From Marsupella aquatica (taxonomy: Eukaryota > Plantae > Marchantiophyta): a stretch of 64,000 nt of DNA. Made by a program: the position numbers and the translations under genes. Positions 1 to 9,471 of this stretch are shown here, in pieces (within the stretch, counting starts at the first letter, position 1; each line of letters opens with the position of its first letter). Where the stretch lies: assembly GCA_973895155.1 (NCBI GenBank), contig OZ316895.1, positions 17,687,437 through 17,751,436 on the forward strand. The letters are read 5' to 3'. The notes under the pieces were generated by a model that saw nothing but the letters and a program-made list of their open reading frames with translations, searched no databases and was not told the DNA's origin.

Positions 1-1
1 G

Positions 2-1819
2 AAGGACGTAGCATATGTATGGACTGCAGCAAGGCAAACAGCCTTTGAAGTTTTAAAAACCAAACTAACTGTTGCGCCCATTCTACAACCACCGGATTGG
101 CAGAAACCTTTTCATGTGTATATTGATGCCTCAGCTTTTTGTGTGGGCGCTGCCTTAAGTCAACTGGATGATGAGAAGAAAGACCACCCTATATATTATG
201 CCAGTAGGCAAATGAATAGTGCTGAAAAGAATTATACGGTCACAGAGAGGGAGGCCTTAGCAGTCATTTTCTCTTGTAAAAAGTTCCGGCACTATCTTCT
301 GGGTTATAAAACTATTTTCCACACGGATCATTCTTCTTTAAAATACCTAGTGAATCAGGCAGATTTAAGTGGGCGCATTGCTAGGTGGGTACTTCTTTTA
401 CAAGAATATGATTATGAGGTACAAGTTCGAGCCGGGAAACACCATGAGAATGCAGATTTCCTATCACGATTGCCTGGAGATCCTAGTGCCGAACCTTTGT
501 CTGATCAATTTCCGGACGAACAGCTATGGCATTTGCAAGGAGAAGAATCAAGGTACTTTGACATTGTTCAGATGCTTACTCACGGAATTTATCCACCAGG
601 GTTGAATGCAGAAGAAAAAGCTGTTTTCCTCTACAAAGTAGGACCATATACTATTGTGAGGGGTGTTCTATTTAAATTATTGCCAAATCAGAGACTTCAC
701 CGTTGCTTGGAAGCTCAAGAAGTTCCAAAGGTTATTTCAGCCTTACACACTGAAGCCTCCGGTGGACACTATGCCGTAAATACAACTGTTAAGAAAATTA
801 AGGACGCTGGATTTTGGTGGCCTACCATGCATAAGGACACTTATAACTACATTCAAAGCTGTGACCCTTGTCAGCGAATAGGGAAGCCTACTGCAACATC
901 AAAATGGCCTCTAACACCCATTTTGCCTCTAGCTCCATTTGAGAAATGGGGGATAGACTTTATTGGCCCCATTTCCCCTGCTGCTAGACGAAGTAGAAGC
1001 AGATATATCATTCTTGCTACGGACTACCTCACCAAATGGGTGGAGGCTAAGCATACTAGGAAGAATGACGCTGCCACAGCCGCCAATTTCTTATTTGAAA
1101 ACATTATTACCCGGTATGGCTGTCCCTTGGAATTGGTAAGTGATCGAGGCCTGCACTTCCTTAATGAGACAATTGAGCTCATCACTGAGAAATATCTGAT
1201 TAAGCATCGAAAGACCACCCCTTATAATCCCCGAGCTAACGGATTGACTGAAAGAGCTAATGGGTTAATGGGAAAAATATTGAATAAAATGGTGGAAGCA
1301 CATAAAACGGATTGGGACATCAAACTCCACTCTGCTTTATGGGCTTACAGAACTGCAGAAAAGATTACTACCTTGAGAACGCCCTTCTACTTAACTTTTG
1401 GTATGCATAGTGTTACCCCCATTGAATTTGAACTACCTACTGAACGGCTTCTGATCTCTGAGAGGTTACCTGAACTTGATAGTTTCCACACTAGGTTGGA
1501 AGTTCTGGATGAATTAGAAGAACATAGACTTCTAGCGTTACAGCATACCATACAACAACAGGATAAACGGAAGATGGCCTATGATAAGAGGTTAAAAATA
1601 CCGACACTACAGCCAGGAGATTTGGCGCTTGTGTATGACTCTAGGTATATGTTCTTCCCTGGGAAGCTTCACACTCACTGGATCGGCCCTTACAGAGTTG
1701 TTACCGTATGGCCTAATGGGTCTTTAACTTTGGAAACCTTGAATGGAGAACCTCTTGATACCAGAATCAATGGATCCAGAGTGAAGAAATATTATATACC
1801 CCACTCCAATGGCTTGTGA
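2..1819 (+). CDS. pol: Ty3/Gypsy pol, C-terminal part (RT connection, RNase H, integrase); 5'-truncated by the window edge
   Basis: Frame is open from base 2. RNase H motifs DAS...YYASR...NY.VTEREAL...TDH; integrase HHCC (H..GGH...WWP...C..CQ); DDE core (GIDF...SDRG...ERAN); GPY motif. No chromodomain. Confidence 0.95.
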   Translation, partial: KDVAYVWTAARQTAFEVLKTKLTVAPILQPPDWQKPFHVYIDASAFCVGAALSQLDDEKKDHPIYYASRQMNSAEKNYTVTEREALAVIFSCKKFRHYLLGYKTIFHTDHSSLKYLVNQADLSGRIARWVLLLQEYDYEVQVRAGKHHENADFLSRLPGDPSAEPLSDQFPDEQLWHLQGEESRYFDIVQMLTHGIYPPGLNAEEKAVFLYKVGPYTIVRGVLFKLLPNQRLHRCLEAQEVPKVISALHTEASGGHYAVNTTVKKIKDAGFWWPTMHKDTYNYIQSCDPCQRIGKPTATSKWPLTPILPLAPFEKWGIDFIGPISPAARRSRSRYIILATDYLTKWVEAKHTRKNDAATAANFLFENIITRYGCPLELVSDRGLHFLNETIELITEKYLIKHRKTTPYNPRANGLTERANGLMGKILNKMVEAHKTDWDIKLHSALWAYRTAEKITTLRTPFYLTFGMHSVTPIEFELPTERLLISERLPELDSFHTRLEVLDELEEHRLLALQHTIQQQDKRKMAYDKRLKIPTLQPGDLALVYDSRYMFFPGKLHTHWIGPYRVVTVWPNGSLTLETLNGEPLDTRINGSRVKKYYIPHSNGL

Positions 1820-1835
1820 GGGCACGGCGCCGTTT

Positions 1836-1845
1836 GAGGAGAGGG
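1836..1845 (+). promoter_or_regulatory. Polypurine tract of the Gypsy element
   Basis: GAGGAGAGGG lies just downstream of the pol stop and 3 nt before TGTAG. Confidence 0.75.
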
Positions 1846-1959
1846 CTATGTAGATAGGCAGTAATTCCAAAGTCATGAAGAAAACCGGAAAATTTTTAAA
1901 TTTTTGAAGTAGTTAAACTATATTTGCTGATAACTCGAGTAAACTAAACTCTGCCGAAG

Positions 1960-2135
1960 ATTAAGAGTTTAAGAGTTGAAGAGTTGAAGTGTTTAAGAGT
2001 TTACGGGTTTACGAGTAAACCCTACTTTAATAGTTTAAGAGTTTAAGAGTTGAAGAGTTGAAGTGTTTAATAGTTTAAGAGTTTAAGGGTTTACGAGTAA
2101 ACCCTACTTTAAGACTTTACGACTTTAAGAGTTGC
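1960..2135 (+). repeat. Degenerate 8-bp tandem array (TTAAGAGT-like)
   Basis: Repeated ttaagagt/tgaagagt/ttacgagt units. A smaller copy of the array occurs at about 4938-5002. Confidence 0.8.
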
Positions 2136-2336
2136 GACTTGCGAACTGGCGAGCCCCGCGATTGTGACAGGCTACGGCTAACTCCAACGGGACTTTGCAA
2201 CAAAACGAGGAGCAGGCCTTGAAGGGGGAGGAATCCAGAACATAGGCGCTCACTCCTGACTTCTCTTCCGCTGCATCTTTCATCGCTCTCGACTCCAAAC
2301 AATTCTTCGCGTAGCTCAGTGAGCAGAATTTGAGCT

Positions 2337-4733
2337 ATGGCTGACTTGAACGCTGATGCACAGTATCGTGTTCAAACTCTGGCAATTCCTAAGAGTGTGG
2401 TCGCTCGAATTCCTTTGGCGCCCGACAGTTGTGAAAATTTGAGAACATCGTTACAGCAGCTCGGATTGGAACATCTACTCGCAATCCCTTGGAATGTGGA
2501 GCTCGACTCTTATTTACAGGATTTTGTGAGAGGATCACTGATTGCCCCTGAATTTCGACAAACCATTCGAGCTCGGCCAAGTTTATGGACAGTTGAGCAA
2601 GTAGCTCATGCCTTCCGCTGCCCCTTAGATGGAGAAGGATTATATTCAAAGAAAAAAGATTTGTCCACTCCTTACTTTTCAGGGATTCGCCATCCTACCA
2701 ATGGCTGGAATGTGACACAATGTACCTATCCGGATTTGAGGATTCTTTTAGAATTTCTAGTGCCCATTCTCCATCCGAAGAGACCAACTATCTGCCCTGT
2801 GGCATTGGCGAATACTATCGTAGCTTCTCACAGTGGAGCTATTCAAGTAAATTGGGCGTTGTTACTTTTCAATGTGATGCACGATCAGGTGAGAAGTATG
2901 AAGGCAGGCAGACCTACTTGTCTACAAGTCTATCTATCTCAGCTGTATCAAGCACATGACTGTTTACATCCGGAGGAGAAAACAGAAAGGGGATTACTTC
3001 TGATCGAGTTGGACATTGAGGAAGAAATTAGTGTAGCAGAATCAGAACAGGACATTCTGCTGAATTCCACTGATCAGGATGTTAATATGGAGGATGTCTC
3101 GATAGATGGTTCGGAATTTCCCCCTGAACACAACATGGAGGTCATTTTATACTCTCCAAGAGAAATCAGTGGAGCAGATCAACTTGAAGCTGAAGGAGAC
3201 GAGATTTTTCCTGAGCAACAAGAAGTCGTTGTTGAACCAACTATTACTGCCATACGAGGAGTCACCATGCCCCCTTTTTCGAAAGCAGAGTCAAATCAGC
3301 AGCTTATTGATAAGTTAATCTCTCTCTTCGGTTGCAGTGATGTTGAACTCTACGATGTTGTCTGTGATTTGAGATCCGAGGCAGTTAGCTTATCCTCTCC
3401 ATTTCCAGATCAGCTAACCCCTGTCAGGACCGCTTCTCCCATTGAGAGGTCAGCACCAGAAGAATTTGTTGCTCTCACTCCTACTGTCCCACAGAATCTA
3501 CCTCCAGAGCCAAGTGAACCTGTCTCAAGGATAGGAAACACAAGTTGTGTTGCAATTGTAACTGACCTACTGGAATTGCTTCAGTGTGAACCTGAGGAGA
3601 TAATCTCTGTGGTTAGTGACTTAATTCCGAAGTACACAGAATTCAAAGGCCCTTCCAACCCGGGTGACTGCATTTATAGTCCAGATTCCAATTATGAGCC
3701 AACCGAGGGACCTATTTATACCCAACCACAGTATGAACATCCTTCTGTTAGACAGGATCTTCCTGAGGATTCTGATCCACCCTCTGATTTTGATTCCATC
3801 CGATCTTATGACAACTCTGTCGAGTCGTCACCAAGGCAAGGATTTGAGGATGTTGACACTACCTTAAGATCTGATCCAAATTTAGTGGCAGTTGTCACCT
3901 CCTCTACTCAAACACCCCGGTATTCTGTCATTGAGAAAAGATATACACGACATCCAGAGTCTCAAGTGCAGAGGTACGTGGAGACTTGTAAGATAATGCA
4001 GGCCAACAGACCCCCAATTGGAGAGTTTTGGAGATACTACTACCTTAAGAAGACTGAGGCCAGTTACATATTTGACCTCAGAAGTTTCGGAACTTCAAGA
4101 GTGGAGATGGCTCAATTTGATGAGTTCTGGGCTGACTCAATCTACTTCCGACCCATCCTTGCTATGATGCTACTTCAAGGGGATGTAGAAGTAGAAGATC
4201 CAGATTTGGTTTTGGCCTATTTCGGGAATTTTGCAGCTTACGCTCTGGACTTTGTGATTTCTTTTCTCATGCAGAGTAAGAAATCCACTTCTCACCAGAA
4301 CTCTTACATCCCACGAGAGCCGAAGGTTGTCCTTGTTTCCACCAGTTCCCTAGCTGAGAAACAGAGGATCTGGAATAATGTCACTACTCAGACCCTGGCT
4401 CATTTCAACCGATATTTTAAGGATGTCAGATGGAGACTTCGACCCTTCTATTCCAGGATGATGAATAGTGATGAGTTTCTGCATCACTATCCCCAAGTAT
4501 ATGCTGCCACCTGCAACAACTATGATGTACTAGGGATATACAGAGAAGCTCTTCGTATAAATTCCTGTTATTTGATGAAGCGAATGCCTTTGATGTATCC
4601 TGAGAGACAACTAAGGTGCCTACCCTACTCTCGAGGATCACCACGTCAGACTGAGCTGATGGAGGTAACACAGAATCGGACTGTCACCTACGTGGAGCTG
4701 CTCGAACCCGATGATATTCGACAACAAGCTTGA
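2337..4733 (+). CDS. 798-aa retrotransposon-associated protein of unknown function
   Basis: Long intact ORF. Globular-looking N-terminus (PW..., TIR..P..WT, LEFLVPILHP), acidic S/P/E-rich middle, aromatic-rich C-terminal domain. Confidence 0.8.
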   Translation: MADLNADAQYRVQTLAIPKSVVARIPLAPDSCENLRTSLQQLGLEHLLAIPWNVELDSYLQDFVRGSLIAPEFRQTIRARPSLWTVEQVAHAFRCPLDGEGLYSKKKDLSTPYFSGIRHPTNGWNVTQCTYPDLRILLEFLVPILHPKRPTICPVALANTIVASHSGAIQVNWALLLFNVMHDQVRSMKAGRPTCLQVYLSQLYQAHDCLHPEEKTERGLLLIELDIEEEISVAESEQDILLNSTDQDVNMEDVSIDGSEFPPEHNMEVILYSPREISGADQLEAEGDEIFPEQQEVVVEPTITAIRGVTMPPFSKAESNQQLIDKLISLFGCSDVELYDVVCDLRSEAVSLSSPFPDQLTPVRTASPIERSAPEEFVALTPTVPQNLPPEPSEPVSRIGNTSCVAIVTDLLELLQCEPEEIISVVSDLIPKYTEFKGPSNPGDCIYSPDSNYEPTEGPIYTQPQYEHPSVRQDLPEDSDPPSDFDSIRSYDNSVESSPRQGFEDVDTTLRSDPNLVAVVTSSTQTPRYSVIEKRYTRHPESQVQRYVETCKIMQANRPPIGEFWRYYYLKKTEASYIFDLRSFGTSRVEMAQFDEFWADSIYFRPILAMMLLQGDVEVEDPDLVLAYFGNFAAYALDFVISFLMQSKKSTSHQNSYIPREPKVVLVSTSSLAEKQRIWNNVTTQTLAHFNRYFKDVRWRLRPFYSRMMNSDEFLHHYPQVYAATCNNYDVLGIYREALRINSCYLMKRMPLMYPERQLRCLPYSRGSPRQTELMEVTQNRTVTYVELLEPDDIRQQA

Positions 4734-5925
4734 AGGAGACTATCTTTTTAGCTAGTATTGAAAAGTATAGTACTTTTACCAATTTTTCTAAATGTGTTGT
4801 AGAGCTTTAAAAGCTATGAGACTTCTTTAGGCTGTAGTCTGTACCTAGGAAACCCTGCTGGAAAAATTTCAGAGTTTTCCGAACCAGGAGTAGAAAGTTA
4901 AAAATAGTTGAATCTACTCAATTTTTAGTATACCGAAATTAAGAGTTTAAGAGTTTAAGTTTTTACGTTTTTAAGAGTTTAAGTTTTTAAGAGTTTAAGA
5001 GTTCATACTTAGCCATTTTTTCCGGCTTTCCACTTATTGAATCGTCGTTTTGACTTTTTGAGGGTTATGAAGAGGCATGTCTCTTCGACCCTGTGACCTC
5101 TTATTCTGTAGTTCATCACTATTTATACCTCTTCCCCTAGTGTAGAGAGATGGTTAAGTTTTGCAGTTTTGCCTCTCCCTTGTGTTAAACTAGTTGATCA
5201 TGAATCTATGAGTTCGAGATCAGGTTTAACATTTGGAGAGACTTACCTCCTTCTTGTATTTTGGAACCCAAATACTTGAAGTAAAACCTCAGTTATGAAT
5301 CTCGTGAATTATAATGTCAGATTCCGCTTTGGTGACACATTGTAATCTCACAAGTTCTTAGAGTTAACTCATTGAGTTTAAGTTGCATTGGAAATGATGT
5401 TTTCACCTTCATGTTGTTTAGTACCATCTAAATGCTGAAGTATTTATCCTTTTAGATCTTGACTAAGTATCACTTAGGAAGAAAGGTCAAGACATGTTGC
5501 CGGCATTTTAAAAGGATACTCTAGTATGCAGTTTAGATCTGAAAAGCCGTGTGGATTTGGATTCCCTTTAAAGTCATTCCATTATTACTTATGTCTAAGG
5601 AGTAACCTTGGTCTATTCCAGACTCCCTTAAGCATACTCTGAGAGATTTTTCCTTGTGTTTTGTTAATTGCAATCTTTTGCTTAATTGAAGGTTATCTGA
5701 TGTTGAGTTATCATCAAAAACTACTCACCGCTGTGGAGCGATCTTCAAAGTACCTGATTAAAGTAGTCAAGATTGATTACTATGTGTGACACAAGAGCTT
5801 AAAGCTTTGTTTTTAGTTTATTACATCAAACCAACCCCATCTTGTTCTTAAAGGGAACGAATACCGAGTTTAGAGACTTTAAAATGTGATTTTTGGTTCT
5901 CTATGGCAAACTACATGCCCGCAGG

Positions 5926-6522
5926 TCATTTTCTAGAGTTTACGAAAAGAAGTTCTTGGTTTCTTTCGGTGACTAGGAGGTGGGCTATGAGCTCGGAGTA
6001 TTGCCCGAACTTCATGTTTCGATACTGTGTTGATAGCCACACATTCGATGAATGAAATGTCGACAAGGTCTTCTCTAGCAGATCCTTGTCTGTGACCGGC
6101 TCGCCACATAGTGCGAGGGTTGAGGTTATTCTAAAGAGTTCACTATTGTAGGCTGATATCGAGGTTAAGTCCTGGACTCGCAGGTTGAGCCAGTCTTGCC
6201 TGGCTTTAGGTAATTCGACCAGTTTCTGGTGGTCGAATTGGGTCTGTAGGGCTGTCCATAGTTCCCGAGGGGTCGATAGGTGCATGTATTGTCTCTGGAG
6301 GAATCTATGGATATGGCGTCTCAGGAATACTAGAGCCTTAGATTCGTTGGCTTTAGTTAATGGGTCTGGTTGTGGTTCGCTGGCAAGGGTGGATTGAGCG
6401 AGCCCTATCGCAGGGAGTAGGGTTAGCGAGGTTAGGTTTTCTTTTAGGTTCATGGACCATTCTAGGTAGTTGCCACCATCTATTTCTAGGGCGGGGAAGG
6501 TGAGTTTCTCAAGGTTGGCCAT
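5926..6522 (-). pseudogene. gag: Bianca-type Copia gag fragment
   Basis: MANLEKLTFPALEIDGGNYLEW...FLRRHIH...LW..L...FDHQK...WLNLRVQD...YNSELFRITS.L.LCGE...LLEKTLSTFH. Premature TGA, followed by the Gypsy LTR junction at 5915/5916. Confidence 0.85.
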
Positions 6523-8158
6523 CTCTAAGGTCCTGGCGTGCAACGGTGGTGTGCGTGTTTATATATAATGTATATAGTCAAAAGACAATGCACATTTGCC
6601 GCATGCAATGGTGGAGAAAGGGTTTGCACTTATTAAGTTGGTTTTCTTTGTGAATGTATAACTGCAAGGTTTCGTTTGTATTATCTTTTTCCTTTGTTAA
6701 GCTGTGCAGTTGTCTAGTTGTGCACTTAGGGTTGCAGTTATGGGTGGTAATATACTCGTGCCTTGGTTAAGTGCACTTGCAGCTTTGTAAAGTAAATTTT
6801 TCTTTGTTACGGTGTGCAATTATAGAGGTTTTGTGGTTATTTGCACTTAGATGGTTAAGTGCTTGGGTTTCTTTGTGTGCAGGAAATGACTTTGTAAAAC
6901 TGTGCAATTGAGGAGGGTGGTTTGCTTATCGGTTTTCCCTCGTTATTCTTCCTTGCATTGTTGCGCAATTTGACACCTCAGTTGTGCTTGCTTGGCAGCC
7001 CCGGTTCCTCCTTGGGTGCACACCGATCTTGGTTTCCTCCTGCAGTCGAGCGTTTCGACTCCGTGGTCTCTTGGGGCTCGTGTGTTGTTGAATCTGTAAT
7101 TCTTGCTCTCGCTATCTCAACAACGTGAATAAGGTCTATCTTAGGCCCACTCAGTGACTTTCGGGAATATCAAGGGGCGGAACATTTGGAACATGGTGGA
7201 TCAATTGGGTTTTCCGTTTCTCCTCTCATTACTCTTAATTGGGCTCACGTCAGCTATCAGTCACCATCGGGATCGCTCGCTCTTCGTAACCTCTGCAACC
7301 ACGTTCGGCCTTACGTTCCTTCTCTTTACTTCTCGATCTCGACCCTTATCTTTGCTCTATCTTCGCCTTCGATCTGCTTCGCTCTTCTCTTATGCTCTAT
7401 TTTTACTCCTTTCCTTATTTCGATCACTTCTTGGGGCTTATCGTTCGTAAGCTTTTCTTTCGTAAGCGTATCCTTTCTTAAGCTTTTAGGGGGACTTTTC
7501 GATCAACTTTCAATCACATTCGAGATCTTCTCAGGCGATTTCGCCTCGACCTTCAACCTTCAATCGATCGCTCCAATCTCCTCCAATCTCTGTAGGCTTT
7601 TCAAAGTGTCTTCGCTTCTTTCCGATCTCTTTTCTTCTCTCTCGATTCTCCTCCAATGAGTCCGGATCGGTCCTTATGAATTCTTTGTCTTTGTTCTCTT
7701 CGTTGCAGAAGAGTTCGGGAGTCTTGATTCTCTTTGCTAAAGGGTGAGGCTCCACTTTCCTTCAATTTTCGAAAGGTTTTATGGCCTCGTTGTGTTTCTT
7801 ATCATTCTCGGTTCTCCTCTATTTTCGAAAGTTCTTATGGCATCCTCATTGTCCTTTCTCGCTGCGCCTGTGATAGACCGACTCGTTTGGAGCCTTGTAA
7901 TTTGTTAATGATTCAATGTTCCTTATCACCTCCGATTTCCGTAAGCCTTCGAAAGTTTCCTTCTCAATCTCTTTGATGCTTCATCGAGACCTTCTTTCTC
8001 TTAATCGTCGGAGTCCTAAATTCAGTCAGTAAATCGTCGAACCCTTTCGCTTTGCATTGCTTACCCCTCTCCTTTGTTTTTGGAAAAAAAATGTTATCGC
8101 CTTATCGTTGTTTCTTATCATTCTCAATTCTCTGCTCTGCTCTCCGCTCGTTAAGCTT

Positions 8159-8172
8159 TCGTGCTGATAACG
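8159..8172 (-). promoter_or_regulatory. Primer-binding site of the Bianca-like element
   Basis: Reads CGTTATCAGCACGA immediately after the LTR-terminal CA on the minus strand. This is the internal half-tRNA-Met type PBS known from Bianca elements. Confidence 0.7.
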
Positions 8173-8280
8173 TGTGAGAATAGAATGAATCATGTATAGT
8201 CTGTGGCGTTTGGTACATGTAGTGGTGCCGGTCCGGTGACTGGTTGGTCCGGTCGTCCGGTCACCAGGTAGAGTCTAACA
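8173..8280 (-). repeat. 5' LTR of the Bianca-like element (108 bp)
   Basis: TG...CA termini, directly adjacent to the PBS. Confidence 0.65.
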
Positions 8281-9471
8281 ATGTGCAATTCATAGTTAGT
8301 CCTTACCCTATTTTTGCACCCTACACACTTGTATTGGGTTGTTAGGATGCAAGTGATGAGGCAAAGTTTAGGGTTTAGGGTTTCTTCTTTTCAAGTCAAG
8401 TATTTCTCTATTCAGGACTTTAGTATTCATGAAAATAGGGAATTTACAAGTGAAAAACTCTCTTATGGATTAAATTTGTTTGACAATTTCATTTTGATTT
8501 GGTTTGATCTTTTGTTTGTTCAGGTTTGCTGGTGACAGAAGAGAGATTCTCTCTAGACGGTTTGTGACCCGATATTGTGTTAGAATGCAAGAGGCCATGA
8601 TCTAATGCAGACTTTGAAGCAGGAGTTCATAATTATGGTATTGCAAATGAGGGAAGCCTTCTTTTTGTGACGTACATATTCCTAAAGGTGTGAGCAACAC
8701 TATTTGGAGGGCCTGTTTTCCTGGGCTCTCTTAAACTAAAGGTTTTCCTGTAATGCCATACAAGCAAATGATATCTCATTTGCTTCAATTCTCCTAAATC
8801 CTTACCTCAATAGATAGCTGGGCTACACTTTCCAGTACCTCCAATTTGAAAGTCCCATGAGCAAGTCTGACAAAACCCCGGATGTGTACAAGCAAGTCAT
8901 ACTCCCCAGGATTGCACTTCAGATAAGAAAATTCATTTTTCAGGTCCATCCAACCATCAACTTCATGAAATATCATCATGTCCAAGTAGGTTGAGAGACA
9001 ATCTACAACCCACCAGTAGCCCATCTTTGGAGCATCCAGCATTCTAGACCAACCAGGGAGCTAGCAAGGGACCTTACCAGGAAGAGAGGGATAAATCAGG
9101 GTCCCAAATTGGCCAAGGAGCGTATAAAAAGAGCAGATTCAGGTGGATAGCAAGCAAGACATCGAAGGTCAAACTTTGGGCTAGAATACTTTTTGGAAAA
9201 GAGAAGGGTGTCAATGAGTGAATGTGTAAAAAGGTATCACTGTCGATGGGGTTGCATGGTTCAAAGGCTCGGTCTATAGAAGCATCATTCCACTAAAAGG
9301 GACTGTAGTTTGTTTGCCTTGGAATATGAATCAAACATATGGCTTCCAACATCTATGTGTACTTGTAATGTAAAGCAGGTCCTACGAGCTTATTGTCAAG
9401 GCTGAAGAGTTGGGTCCCGCGTCACAGCACTCTTTCGTTGTTGAGAGCAGTGAACTCGTTCCCTCGGCGGC

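Larger units (their letters stand above)
1849..5915 (+). mobile_element. Putative 3' LTR (about 4.07 kb) of the Gypsy element
   Basis: Starts TGTAG right after the PPT and ends CTACA (5-bp inverted termini) where the Copia gag sequence resumes. TATA-like TATTTATA at 5120. The 5' LTR is outside the window, so no pairwise confirmation is possible. Confidence 0.65.
5916..8280 (-). mobile_element. Ty1/Copia element, Bianca-like, 5' part (LTR, PBS, UTR, gag), interrupted by the Gypsy insertion
   Basis: On the minus strand: short LTR TGTTAG...CTCACA (8280-8173), then PBS-like CGTTATCAGCACGA, then a gag with a Bianca-type N-terminus. Confidence 0.8.

Noticed and set aside
5107-5915. Shorter alternative Gypsy LTR (TGTAGTT...AACTACA)
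   Set aside because: No polypurine tract immediately upstream. Disfavoured but not excluded.
7154-7659. Hydrophobic plus-strand ORFs resembling membrane or env-like proteins
   Set aside because: Artefact of the T/C-rich antisense strand of the Copia leader.
8533-8552. miR156-like sequence TGACAGAAGAGAG
   Set aside because: Only the first 13 nt match and no complementary star arm is visible.
8780-9350. Possible LINE fragment upstream of maf
   Set aside because: No diagnostic RT or endonuclease motif readable.
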